From Hamiltosporidium tvaerminnensis FI-OER-3-3 (Eukaryota; Fungi; Microsporidia), in contig JAKIMF020000001.1 of assembly GCA_022605425.2 (NCBI GenBank), positions 1,240,001-1,304,000 on the forward strand: a stretch of 64,000 nt of DNA, read 5' to 3'. Numbering within the stretch: position 1 is the stretch's first letter; every line of letters starts with the position of its first letter. Both the position numbers and the translations under genes were made by a program. Below, piece by piece: positions 12,721-25,430 of this stretch. The notes beneath the pieces were generated by a model that searched no databases, was not told where the DNA came from, and saw only the letters and a program-made list of their open reading frames with translations.

Positions 12721-15379
12721 TAACTTCTAATTATTTTGCTTGAAGTAGAGGTAGGTTTTAAAGGATTGATGCAGTAGCAAGACAGAGCTAATAAGATACT
12801 ATATGAGAAAGGATTGTACCGAAGCTTTTAAATGCTAAAAATATAGGCAAAACCCGACGGGAAGAAATAAAATCAAAAACTATGGAGAAAGAGGTATAAT
12901 TGCACCTTGTCTATTTGTTTCATGTTTCCGCGACATTTTGTAGTACATTAAACAGAGAGACAAGTTTTTGAATAAAATAAAAAAATCGCAGCGATGAAAA
13001 TTTGGGAATCGGTGCTCGACGCGAAAAAAAACACTCGAATGCCAATAATCTCAAGTACTAAACCCCATATTACGAATATTTAATATATATGCGCTTAATC
13101 GTGTTTTGGGGTAATTTCTGACGCCGTGCATATCATACAAGTTACTGAGATATACTATGACAAGAAAAAACGTAAAAAGAAGTCGGGATTCTCAGGAAGA
13201 AACATAAAGCGGAAAATATTAGAGAGCTCGTTCCAAAGAATCTTCGAGAAGGCTTGTATACAGGAAAAACAGTTTCCTTCTGAAAAATTTTTTAAGAAAT
13301 CTTTCGAGTGTATAATTTGAACTTAAATTGTACAGGAGATCATTCCGAGGCATTTGATATTAAAATGATTCTTGACGCCACAAAGCAAAAAAATTAATGA
13401 TTATATAATAAGGAAGCAGTTTCAAGAAATAATCATGTGTTCTAGCGGTCCCAAAGTCAATTTATCTTTGAATGTTATATCTTTTCATCTAAATAGTTGA
13501 CATAAAATTGTTATTTTATAACTTAGATTGTGACTCAAAAATGATAAAATAGGCCCGTACAATTTTTATTTGGTGAACCTGTATTGACTAACAATTCGAA
13601 ATCATACCTCGCTTGATGGTATTATTTTTATTAAAATTAACTTTCCAATAAGAAACCGCAAATTTATATCTAAAATTTCTTCATAGGGAAACCAATTACT
13701 CTTCACGAATATTTTATGCTATTAATAAAGTATAAACATCTTAAACTACCTAAACTGACTGATTCAAGTGCGGGCTTATATATTTGATTTACAAAAACTT
13801 CTCAAGAGGGCTTTTGCTCGAAGAGCAATTACCCGAATTCCAGATTACTTACACAAAGACGGTTTATTGTAATAATTTGGTTCATATGTAAAGGCAGGGT
13901 CAAGCATCTCTACGGAATAACATATTGGGTGCTTTAACTAGTGTTCATGAAGAAAATCTGCAGCTTTGTATTATGTTGCTTTTAATAAAGAATATATAAA
14001 CAGCCGAGGATGGCATGAATTTTTCAAAAAAAGACCTAGATATCATATAAAATGCTTATTGATGTCAAATTTTTAAAAACTAGGGTATACTTGATTACAT
14101 ACAGAAAGATTAAGGGATTAATATCAAAACGGAAAAGTGATATTTCGGTAGAGCCTTAAAAGATCATGAAAAATAAATCCGAAAGTAGATTCTGTATAAC
14201 GAATAATTTGTAAATATTGCTTTTCATGTTATAAACTGTCGTTCAGCTTAGGCTCTATAATATTTTTGCGAAAATTACACTACATTCTTATGAAATTTTT
14301 ACACTGACAATTATCTCTTCTTTATTAGTTATCTAACTTTTTTGCTATAGAAAACCTAATATTGGAATCAAGGACGGGATAGGTTATTGAACTGTAGATA
14401 AACAAAGAGAGTCACTAACAAATGATACATGTTTGAAAGACATTGCTATTTTCTATAAGATAATCACCCTATAAAATATTCGCATAATAAATGATAGCAG
14501 AAGTAAACATACACGTATCCAATTCGAAGAAGTACGGTCAAACTCATATACATAGTCGAAAGACATTGTTACACAAATTTTTAAGCCGTAAAATATATAT
14601 TCTACAATTTATCTTGATGTAATATAGTCAATAAGCTGCATATATGAGTAATTCATTTTTAGCAGGATTACTTCCTTGGTTTAGAGTATAGGGTATTTGC
14701 TGTGCTGGGAAGACAAGATAAACTTCAGATCAAAAACTAAAGAGGGTGTATTATCTTGTAAAGCATAAGACAATAGAAATCTACTGGTGTTGAGTTACAA
14801 AAATAGTATGTTTCACGGGGAGACTAAATTGTTCGGAAAAAAAGTATGGAACATAATTTAGAATAATAGCACTCCGCATGGCGAAAAATACCAACAACGC
14901 CTATCTTAAATGAAAAAAACTTTTCCAAAAAGAGAAACATGGGTAAGAAAAGTTAGAATGACGAAATTAGAAAAGAAAAACTGCAAAACAATATCGAAAT
15001 ATTAAAACGCAAAATTCGCTCAGAGTTTAGAAATACATGGAAGAACAAGGTATGAAGTGTTAATGACTCGTCAAGATGAATACAGAAAAAAGGTAAACGC
15101 TAATGAAATACTGTTCTTGTATATTCACCAAAGTAATAATTTCCGAGAAGTAGAAAATATTGATATACTCTTGAATTCGGCAAAAAAAGTAGATCATTTC
15201 TAAACTAATTGCAAAAATGCTTAAATTCGACCAAACTAAATACATAATAAAGTGCATAAGAGCTATAGTATACCCTTCGCGACTGATGCCAATTTAAGCC
15301 TATTATACAAATCAAGAATTACAAAAAAAATCCTTCAAAGCGAGTGTGCGCAAAACGAGAGGAAACTCAAGTGTAAAAA

Positions 15380-15720
15380 TCTATGCTTATATTATGATAC
15401 CAGACCAGAATATTTATTTTAGATGAGATAAAAATCGAATAATCACCGTTATTATAGGAATCGCATCTCATGACTCACCTCAATAAATGAGATTAAGAAA
15501 TTATGAAAATTGACACACTATACCTGTCTTGAATCTTGTTTTTATCCGGAATTATGGGTTAATGTTTTATGTGATAAACTGGAACAAAATTTGTAAAAAC
15601 GACGATAGAATGTACCTCTAGAAACCATACGATACCTTTGAATTAAAGGCATGCATTTAGTTTGCATTAGTTAAAAAGACAGTCAAGATATATTTCTGAT
15701 CGCCGAATAAGTCATAAACT
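15380..15720 (+). mobile_element. Decayed RLE endonuclease-region remnant
   Basis: agaccagaatatttattttagat...ataggaatcgcatctcatgactc and aaaaagacagtcaagatatatttctgatcgccgaa match 36858-36935 and 25080-25115. Confidence 0.5.
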
Positions 15721-17686
15721 AAAACCAAGGCCAAGTGACTTGAGAAAAGGCTTTATTGGTTGTTATTGAAGACCCCGGGAGGTATAAACAACGAACACTT
15801 CTCTTAAAGCAAATTAATAACCAAGGAAATGGTAACAAACATGATGACAAGAAATATTTTACAATTATTATAGATAGTGTAACCTAATTGAAAGAACCGA
15901 TAACTAACGTAAATGAAGAATCTGATTTCGATGAAGACGTTAAAATAGTCAATTTGGCTGAATAATTTATTCAAATACAAAAAAAACTGTAGCACGAATT
16001 CATATTCAATGAACTTAAGAGGCAAAAATTCTCGCTTAAATATATTGAGTCAAGAATATTGTATCAGACTGGATCATTATAGCATCAATTTTCTTGGTAA
16101 TTGGGTATTATAAAGATGTTTAAAGATCTATGTTCAATTCAGTTAAGTATTTATAGGAGGAATTTTTTTTCCAGAAAAAGCGATCACTCTTTTTAAATAA
16201 TACCACAATTGGTTTCTCCAAGTGAAAAATAGGAATGTGATACTTTCAAATTAATTAACAACACAGAAAAATACGGTCTTTTGATTTTAATGACAGAAAA
16301 ACACTATTATGTATAGAATAATCACAAAATGATAGGTTTTGTAAAAAATTTTAAGCATATAATAGTTTGGTTACAATGTAGTCAAAAATAAGATATTTAT
16401 GAATACCAGTACCTAAATTAAAATTTCCGTAAGCAATCAGTTATACAGTAAATTTATAGATTCATAAAGATGTATTAGAAAAAAATTTGTCATGAAGATA
16501 ATTCTTCAGGTAAGGTGAACAAATAATAGAAAATAAAAAGTTTAGAAGATGATATATAATGGGCTATCGTCTTTGACCAGTTTAAACTTATACGAGTTAA
16601 TACTTACGGTAAATTAAATCAAATTTAAAGCTGCCTTGCAACTATAAAATTTTAAGTTTTAATTATACGTTATAGCTAGAAAGTTTATTCAGCATAAGAA
16701 TAATAAATTTCTTTTAAAATAAGCAGATAATTGTTTGAATACAAATTATAAATAATACTTTATTGTTACTATGATCTGTTTTAAGTAAAATATCAAAAAA
16801 TGGCATCTAAATGAACCAACTTTTTTGATTGCATTTCGCAAAACTCACAAATCTTAAAGATTTAATTGATATATTTTATGTATTTAATAGATATTTCTGT
16901 TGATTATAATTTTTTTAAAACCTACATGATTGATCTGCTTTCATTTTATAGATCAGCCTCTAGAAGCCTCTTTTTTTTCTATTAACTTTGTGATTTTTGC
17001 AGTTCGCATATTTTCTCTTGCTTCTTCTTTCTACTTATAAAATAAAATATCTGTTTTTTATGTTTTATGAATAGAACATTTCAATTTTATAGCAATGTAC
17101 AGGGTCTTCGAAAGAGAATAATACCTAATAATCTATTCAAAAATAAAAATTGGAAGCATTATGTAAGATTCTGTTTTTTTATAAATTTTAACAAGTTGAT
17201 TCAAATCTGAGATAATTACATAATATACAAAACAGACCAACAAATCAACCGAAAGTAGAATGATAACTTTAATAGCAACAAAATCAAATTTATGTTGAAC
17301 AGTTTTTTCAAATCTCTAATTTTTTATATCTTCATTGGACTTGAATGGTCTTTTATTCCAAAAATAATATTTAGTTTTATTCTTTATTTGCGGTGAGTAC
17401 ACGAATCTCAACTAAAAACCACCAAGCCTTATTCTTTACAGAAAAAATCCAAAATCTGCCATTTTTCCGTTTAACCTATTGAGAAAAAAATTTTACATAT
17501 ACTTTACAAAAAAATTACGGAAACAAAAAATGGAAGATTTAATTTTTACTGCAATCAATGCTTACTGTTAAGTAAGTTTGCAATAGCATAAATTATATTT
17601 AATTGAACACTTTTTTTCCTCAATAAAAAATATAAATTGATCAAAATTAAAGATAACTTTTTTTTAAAGATTTTTAAAAATTATTA

Positions 17687-17783
17687 TTTCCTTATAGGCC
17701 AAATATATTATTAAAGATTTTATAAAAGAATAAAATTTATGATCTAGATTGATTCATATAGATTTATGCCTATAAAAACAATT
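17687..17783 (+). promoter_or_regulatory. Conserved upstream element of ferritin-like gene copy 4
   Basis: TTCCTTATA..TATTAAAGATT, ATCTAGAT at 17742-17749, TATAAAAACAATT at 17771. Confidence 0.7.
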
Positions 17784-17799
17784 CGTGAGTTCAGCCCTT

Positions 17800-18314
17800 A
17801 TGTCGAGTTGTAATGCTGATACAGAGGAAGGCCAAAGTGATAGATTTAATGAGAGAGAAAACAATGATTCTTTAGAGTTTGTATTCAACAACTTCTTAAG
17901 TTATTTATTCGAAACATATTTTGTAGATATACAGAACGTTATTCAATGTAAAAGAAATAAAATTATTGGATTGGTAGACCAAAAAATATTATCTAGTGAG
18001 ATAGAGGAAATTCTTTCACGAAATGCGAACCACAAATTAACTATATTTAAAAAATTTTAAGTTTAAATCATAAAATGGACTACGTTCAAAGTTTTAGTAT
18101 AAAATTAAATACAGAAAATTTGTTGAATGATGCCAAGGATATTCCTATAGCTTTTTCAAAAAGAGAAATGCATTTTTATGAGATGATACTAAAGGTTAGC
18201 AGAATGGCGACTAAAAAAATGAGATTTTCTTTGGCAAATTTATTAAAAGAAATACTCGAAAACGGTATTAGGACTATGCAAGAAGATTTGTATGAAATTA
18301 GAAGGATATGTTAA
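17800..18314 (+). pseudogene. Ferritin-like subtype B, copy 4; single-base frameshift (pseudogene or assembly error)
   Basis: ATG at 17800. ORFs 17785-18060 and 18075-18314 join if one A is added to the A6 run near 18050, giving KLTIFKKILSLNHKMDY versus KLVIFRKIASLNLALTY in copy 2. Confidence 0.8.
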
Positions 18315-21300
18315 TCATGCTGCCTTAAATGATTAAAAAGTTTTTTAAATTTGTTATAATTTGTAATTATACCTATAAATAATCTAAAAATATGCCGCAG
18401 TATTTTAAAATAATTTCGTTGTTAAAAGGTATAATGTTCATGTTTTCGCCTTATTCTTCAACTTCATGCTTCGTTTAAGTTTAACATTTTCTCGATTTCG
18501 AATCAATAAGTAGAATTTGAGGAGCTACAACGCAACGTGGGATCCATAGTTTCATATTTTATGCTTCAAATGTTCTTATACTCCGGCTTCTTTGTGTAAT
18601 AAGACCTTATGTCGGTTATGTCTCCAGATTTTCTTATGCCACTTCCAAATACCATTTCCGGTTTCCCCTGACCCTTCTCTAGATTCAATTTTCCTCTACA
18701 AAGAACTAAATCATTTAACTGCTTTTGTGGTACTATTGACTGCAAGTATATAAATTTTCTCGCTTTATAAAAACAATAAGGTACATTTTATATTATTTAT
18801 TATAATATAATATAATACAATACAATGCAGCACAATACAATGCAATATCAGTCTATCATATATGGGATCAGTCTCGATATTGCATTTATAAATAAGACTC
18901 AAACTGTCGATGTTAAAGCCCGTTCACCAGGTTTTTGATTCAAAAGATCCAAGAGAATTTTCCATGTAATTCTGACTCAAATATACGCAATCTAAATTAA
19001 TTTCTTTGCAGAAACATATTCAGTCTATTAATACTGATGTAGAAAAACATTTTTGGGTGACATACCAGAAAATAGAAAGACGAAAATAGGATGGATGAAA
19101 AGAGCGTAAACTTTTGTACAAGATTCCGCTCTAGTTTTCTATATTTTTTTCTTTCCAATAAACAAAAAAAGACTTTGGAAAATAATCAGGAAACGAAAAT
19201 GTAACTACATTTTAAGCTCAATACATTTAGCCAGCTATATAAACTACGCGTTCTCTTCATCTTTAGTTTCTTCCTGCGATACATCGAATTCATAAACCCC
19301 AATAGACCTGCATAATGGACGAAGAATAGCGTTCAATCTCACTAAACCCCGATGACCTTTTAAAAACCAAATAACGGAAATTGCAGAAATCTCGTTTGAA
19401 TACTGACAAGGATTTGAAAAATGACATGGATTAACATGAATAAGCCTTTAGGTTACAACTTATAATTTTTATACTGCAAGTATCAATGATTTATGAAAAT
19501 TTAAGACGCGATTTAATGAAAAAAATATATAAAAGATGAGAATATGTGCAAACTAGATTGACTTTTTATTAAATTTGCCATTTTTATTGACTGAAAAACC
19601 AGATAACCGTGAGAGATAAGATGAGAAATCAATTTCGAGAAACTTCCGAGAAGAAAATTCAATTCAGGGAGATCTGAAAAAGGTAAAAAAAAATTCTACG
19701 TATAAGACATCTTGATGTACTTTATTAGAATAATCCGTTAATACGAAAGCTTATTACGTGCATAATTACGGGTGTCCGCGCATCATAAAGCTGACAAGAT
19801 GTTATGCCAATTCAAAACATGAAAGATATTCAGATTACTAGAATGACAAGATGCAAATTAAAATTCAAGATATTATAGATTACATTTAGTCTTTATAACA
19901 TATAGATACAAATACTCACTATAGACAAAAGGAAATATCTGAATACAATAATATTTCGGTCTAATTTAAAAAGATCGGACTAAAAAATTATTTATCTATA
20001 TTTTAAAGAGAAGGTGTATGTTTTATGTACAAAAATATACTATCATAAAGGTAAAAATTAGTTCGAAAAATGAAAATTTTAGTCTTGAAATATTAAGATT
20101 TATTATTATGGATTTCTTCAAACTTATTAAAGTTTAGAATACAAAAATCTGATATGTGTAAGGTTTTAGACGCACAATTTTGAACAAAAAATTTAAGGAA
20201 ATAAAAATTGCATGGCTATGGACCGGATAATTATGAAGACATATCTTCTGTACAGAATAAGTTCATAAAAAAAATGTTCAAAATACCTCAAAGTTTCTAA
20301 AATTATCAGTATTGTTGGCTTGTTAGAAAGAAATTTGCGAATTCTAAAAGTATATTTATGATAGTACCAAACTTTCTTTTCAATGAAACACATTAGCTTA
20401 TCTGTATTATCTAACCAAAGTATTAAACTCTGCAAAAATCCAAAAGGAATCTCTCACGTTAAATGAGTAAGTTTAAATAAAACCTTTAAATGTTTATGGC
20501 GAGATATGTTACAAAAGTCGTTTAAATTAATATATGAGATGTTTTTGCTTCTAGCTCAGAATAAATATGAGCTGTAATCGTGATAAGGGGAACAAAAAGA
20601 TGGTTAATCGGACATTTATCTTCATTAAGTAAATGCTGAAGACTGGAAAAGAATATTGATTTATGCCAAAAAAAAACATATGATTAAATTAGACCCGTTT
20701 TCTTCCTAAAATGCACAATTCTGAACTTTCTATAACGGAGCCAAAACTCATTAAGAAGAATATATAGAAATAAAAAATTATATCTAGCGGGACCTAGGAA
20801 AAATGAAAAGTAATATTATGAGAACGTTATAAAAAAAGATAGTTTGCCACTTCTGCTTTTATACCTTTTTAAGCTGATAAAGAAATCATTTTTAGATTTC
20901 AGAAAGTTAAAAGTATTTTTGATGTATTTTATCACACGACTAATCAATTCTGGTTCCTTAATGATCTTGGGTTTCTTTATTCCAGTTTAAGACGTAAATC
21001 CATTAGAGTTGGTGTTGGAATCTTTAAAAATATCGCCTTATAACAAATAAAAATTTGGTATCAAATTAAAAAGTTTTGACAAAATCTATGCTGTATAAAG
21101 TGTTCCTGTTTGTAATTGTTTACGAAATAATGGAAGATACTAGGTGGTCCGATAATTAGCTAAATAAAGACATATAACCAAATCAAGATTGGAAAAACTT
21201 TGCTGGATAAAATGAAAAGCGAAAGATTAAAATTCTACAGTTGATCAATATGCTATATTGCAATAACTAGCACTTGGTGGCATTTGACACAAACTGTTAC

Positions 21301-22089
21301 ACTTCTTAGCGTTAATTTATGTGGTAAAGACTGTTATGAAGAGCAAAGGCTCGGTCTTGACCTATGATTTTATAGCGTTTGTATAATTCTGAAAAATAAT
21401 CATGAAGGGCTTATAAGGTTTTCAGTTATGAAAAAAAAAACCAAAATTTTCAAAACCTTGATTGCTTTGCTCAAACCAAAACTGTGTCAACCAAAAGAAC
21501 CGCGATTCACAAAGATAAAATGCAAACAAAATCCCCTTGTAGCAATAGAATGCTTCATAAAATTTAGATATAGTTTAGACAAAAAATTCAATAGAAAGAA
21601 TTTAGAAAAGTAAAACTTAACCAATAAATAACGAAATGAAAATAGGAAAACCTAATTTGAAGCCAAATAATCGAAGAAAAATATTCTTGTTTTTCCTGTT
21701 GACTAGCTTGAAAAAGTTGAAGAAGTAGAATATTTAGTTACGCGATGCAGCCCTTTTTAGCTTAGCTAGAATGAAATGAATTATAGAGAGCAGAAGCTGA
21801 TAAACTCGTAATGTTCTGGATGAACGTTAGATAAATTAGTAAGTAGATAAAAAAGGTTTCCCTGTAGCTAAATAAGATAACATAATGAATTACTTAGGTT
21901 TATACATCTTTTCTTTCTGAATAGAAACAAATTTTACTTTCTACACTGAATTTTCATCCACACATTTATTGTTATGCTTGAAAACGAATATGCAGAAATA
22001 GAAGTATAAACATAAGAAACAAAGAGGTTAATATTCGGAATAATAGAAAAGATATATCCATTTTAGATAAAACTAAAAATAAGATTAAT

Positions 22090-22350
22090 CTCATTAGAGT
22101 GGAAATTAATTCCCAGGATTTTCTCCAGAAAATTTATAATTCAAAACCCAAATTCTAACGTATTAAACAATAATCTGGTCTTATTTGTACATGAAATGAT
22201 GGGATACTTAATTATGCGTTAACCAGGGTCTGTATTATGATATAATAACATAGTATTATAAAAAAAAAGCATGTAACCGTAGATTTATTAGCATACAAGC
22301 AGTCTAGTTTATAAGGAAACAGTCGAATCTAATTTTTTTAATCGACAAAA
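22090..22350 (+). mobile_element. Decayed RLE 3' remnant
   Basis: ctcattagagtggaaattaattcccagga and agcatacaagcagtctagtttataaggaaacagtcgaa resemble 24851-24880 and 25056-25095. Confidence 0.4.
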
Positions 22351-22781
22351 TACATGGTTCCGGATAAAATTCCAAGGAAAGTTTTAAATCTTTTTCAATA
22401 ATTGATTCACAAAGATCCGAGCTGGATGAGAAACACATACCTTCGAGAAAACAAGCAAGTTCGCGAATATTATATTTCAACTAAAATAGAAAGAATGCGA
22501 TTATTTTTCTAGATTGGCTTGTCTATTTAAAATCCCAATATTAAATTCATATGTAAAGCTAGATTTACAAAGAGATGAAAATACAGTGATTAGGGCAATA
22601 GGAAAATAGAAAAAATGTTTTTTGCACGGAAATGGAATAAATAAATAAGATTTGGATTAGAATTTAAATAATTATATTTAAAAAATATTATCAGCTTACC
22701 ATTGTTATAGTTACAAAACGTAAAGATTCAAGCTTAAGTAAAAACATGTTAACAATTAACAAATGTAATTAGACTTTTTTA

Positions 22782-23027
22782 GCCCACCAAGTCGGGAGCA
22801 GAATTGGTTTGAGTATTCTCTGCTTGTCAGTAAGAAGCGACTAAAAGGGACTGGCCCTCTATGTTGAGATTAGGCGACAGGCTAATAACCCAACCATTAA
22901 AACTACCTTGTTACGAAACCCGAAAAGGTAATTAAATCCACTTAAAAAAGGCCATTGGAGGGAGGGTATTACAGAAGGGAAACCAAGGATAGTACAGGGC
23001 TTAGTTTCAAAGATGAATGAATGAATG
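22782..23027 (+). mobile_element. Short non-autonomous RTE-derived element (5'-UTR-like part fused to a 3'-end-like part, (ATGA)n tail)
   Basis: GC-richer island with hairpins (agcaga/tctgct; gtc...gac), a ggctaataacccaacc...gttacgaaa segment recalled from RTE 5' regions, a tggagggag...ccaagg...acagggc 3'-like segment and tail atgaatgaatgaatg at 23013-23027. Confidence 0.5.
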
Positions 23028-23798
23028 TTCAGGAACTTTATAAACAATTATCTCTTCATATATACTTTGGTTTTTATCGTTCAATAAATTCGTTGTTATC
23101 ATTAGAAATGTTATTTTATCCAATTAACTATTCAGGTTTATATGTTCTGTCAAGCAAACTGCCTATATAGTAAAAAGAACATTTAGTTTAAGGCATTCCT
23201 CAAAAAATACTTGTACAATGGAATAGACTTTTGTGTGATTAAAAAATATAAGGCTATATAACTATTGGAAAGTACTCATGAAACTATTTGTGAACAGTGG
23301 CAGATTATATATATTGCATTTATGTAGATTCCGTTTAAAACATTTAGTTTCTCTTAAAACTATACAACATATAACATGACTAAACAAAGAATATATCCTA
23401 GAAACAAAAATTTTCCTTGAATCAAACTAAATTTACCGTAAAAAATTTTCTTTTGAATAATTTGACATCTACTTTTAACATAATTTTTCTTATAATGCAC
23501 TGTTTATTTTCTCTTACATATTTTGAGGTAATAATTTATAAATCAGTAAAGTAGTCGATCTGTATTTTCAGTGGCTACCAAATTTGTTGCAATTTGTCAT
23601 TTAAAGCCTGCCAAGAAAAATTTTAATACTTTTAATACTAGATTATCATTTAAGAATAAAATCCATGTTAATTATTTTATTGCAATATAAGGTTGTTCCT
23701 TATTCAAACTTCCGATTGGAATGGAGAATCTATTGTATTTTTTACATTCATTCTATCATAAAAAACATTTAATTTATCGAAATTGATAAATGATTTCT

Positions 23799-23926
23799 TT
23801 TTTATTGATTTTTTAATAATATTTTTATTCCTAATAAGTTAAATTATATATTAAAGATTAAAAAATAGAATTAAAACGCTGATCTAGATTGCGTTAAATT
23901 AAATTATATTTCTATAAATATAATTT
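23799..23926 (+). promoter_or_regulatory. Conserved upstream element of ferritin-like gene copy 5
   Basis: TATTAAAGATT, ATCTAGAT at 23882-23889, TATAAATATAATTT at 23913. Confidence 0.75.
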
Positions 23927-23941
23927 ACAAGTTGACCTCAT

Positions 23942-24458
23942 ATGTCGCATTGTGAATCAGATTCAGAAGAAAGTCCAACAAAAAACACGAGCGAAAACTC
24001 GAAGGAATGTATATTCAATAATGAATTTAAAAATATATTGAATAACTTGTTTGAAACATACTCCATATATATACAGGCTATAGTAGATTTACAAAGTGGG
24101 AATTAATCATGAACCTAGATATATTAGTAAGAATGAACTAATAGAGATCTTAATTTCCATTGCTGAATTTAAATTGTTATGTTTTAAAGAATTGCATTTT
24201 CTTGAGCCTATTACGAAGTATGAATTGAATTTTTGTGTCAATATAAATTGTAAAACCCAATGTTCAAGCCAGGATTTGCAGTCTATTTATAACGTTTTTA
24301 ATGAGCGAGAACTAATGTATACTGAAATGTTATTTCGTTTCAACAAATTAGCCATTGAAATGAATAAATGCGAATTGTGTAAATTTTTAAATCGTACAAT
24401 ATCAGAAAATTTAGAATTTCAATCAGTAAATGTTAAAAAATTAAAAGAGGCATTTTAA
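23942..24458 (+). pseudogene. Ferritin-like subtype A, copy 5; single-base frameshift (pseudogene or assembly error)
   Basis: ATG 23942 MSHCESDSEE...EFKNILNNLFETYSIYIQAIVDLQSG. Removing one G from GGG at 24098-24100 joins it to GINHEPRYISKNELIEILISIAEFKL...ELCKFLNRTI. Confidence 0.8.
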
Positions 24459-24784
24459 AGAAAAGGTTTGTGTAATTAAAGGTTATATTTTATACGTCTA
24501 AACGAATGAAACTTTGCAAACTTTTTTATATGTTCTTCTATTCGAAAATAACATAAATTCTCACTTTAATATTCGTCAAGGTCTACTCGGGTAGTATTAT
24601 TTCCTATTTGCTTGCTTTTTATCCATAATAGAAAAAATTACGATCTATTGAACCTTCATTCATGTAAAATTTTACATTAAAACTATTAATATCTAGACAT
24701 ATTCAACTCGGAAATATCATTTATTTTGGGTGGAGTTGTTAAAAAAAACAATTTTATATCCAACTCTTGATTATTTTCTGACAA

Positions 24785-25430
24785 AATGTTCAAATTCGGA
24801 ATAACAGACCCGACATATATATTTTAGATAAGAAGAAGAATAAGATAACACTCATTGAAGTAGGAATAACCTCCCAATATTCAATTCAAATAGTTGAAAC
24901 TAAAAAACTTAGGAAGTATGACCTGCTAGCCAAATATTTGGGTCTTATTTATAAGTGTAGTGTTGAGATAATCCCTTATGTGATGACCTGGGACGGTATT
25001 GTGAAAATATCATAAATCTCATCTTAAAAGACTAGAAATACCCATGAATGTAGAGGCATACATTCAGTCTATAGTACTTAAGAAGACAGTCGAAACAATT
25101 TCCTTTGATCGACGAAGAGGACTTGAGTCAGGACTAAATGCCGAAGAGAGCTGGGAGAGAGCGTCAATGGGTGTTATTATGACAGCAGAGATGCACGGGG
25201 AACCAACACCCTCTTTAAAAGAAGAGAAGAGAGAGGAAGATGGTGCAAAAAATTTTAAACCGAAAAATAAAGCACCCCTTATTTCACAAGGAGGAACTAC
25301 TTTAGAGGAGCCGACCAATAACATAAATGAAGAGTCGGATTTGGAAGAAGAGACAAAAGTGGTTAAAGAGGTAGAAGAAAACATATAAAAATGGTAAAAA
25401 TATTTTAACCCAAAATTTTTTCAAATATAA
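24785..25430 (+). mobile_element. 5'-truncated copy of the RLE non-LTR element (endonuclease plus acidic tail)
   Basis: NNRPDIYILDK...LIEVGIT...KKLRKYDLLA...IIPYVMTWDGIV...KTVETISFDRRRGLESG; high nucleotide similarity to 36840-37460. Confidence 0.9.

Noticed and set aside
18040-18062. Programmed -1 frameshift in ferritin-like copy 4
   Set aside because: No in-register X XXY YYZ heptamer or clear downstream structure, and lesion positions differ among paralogues
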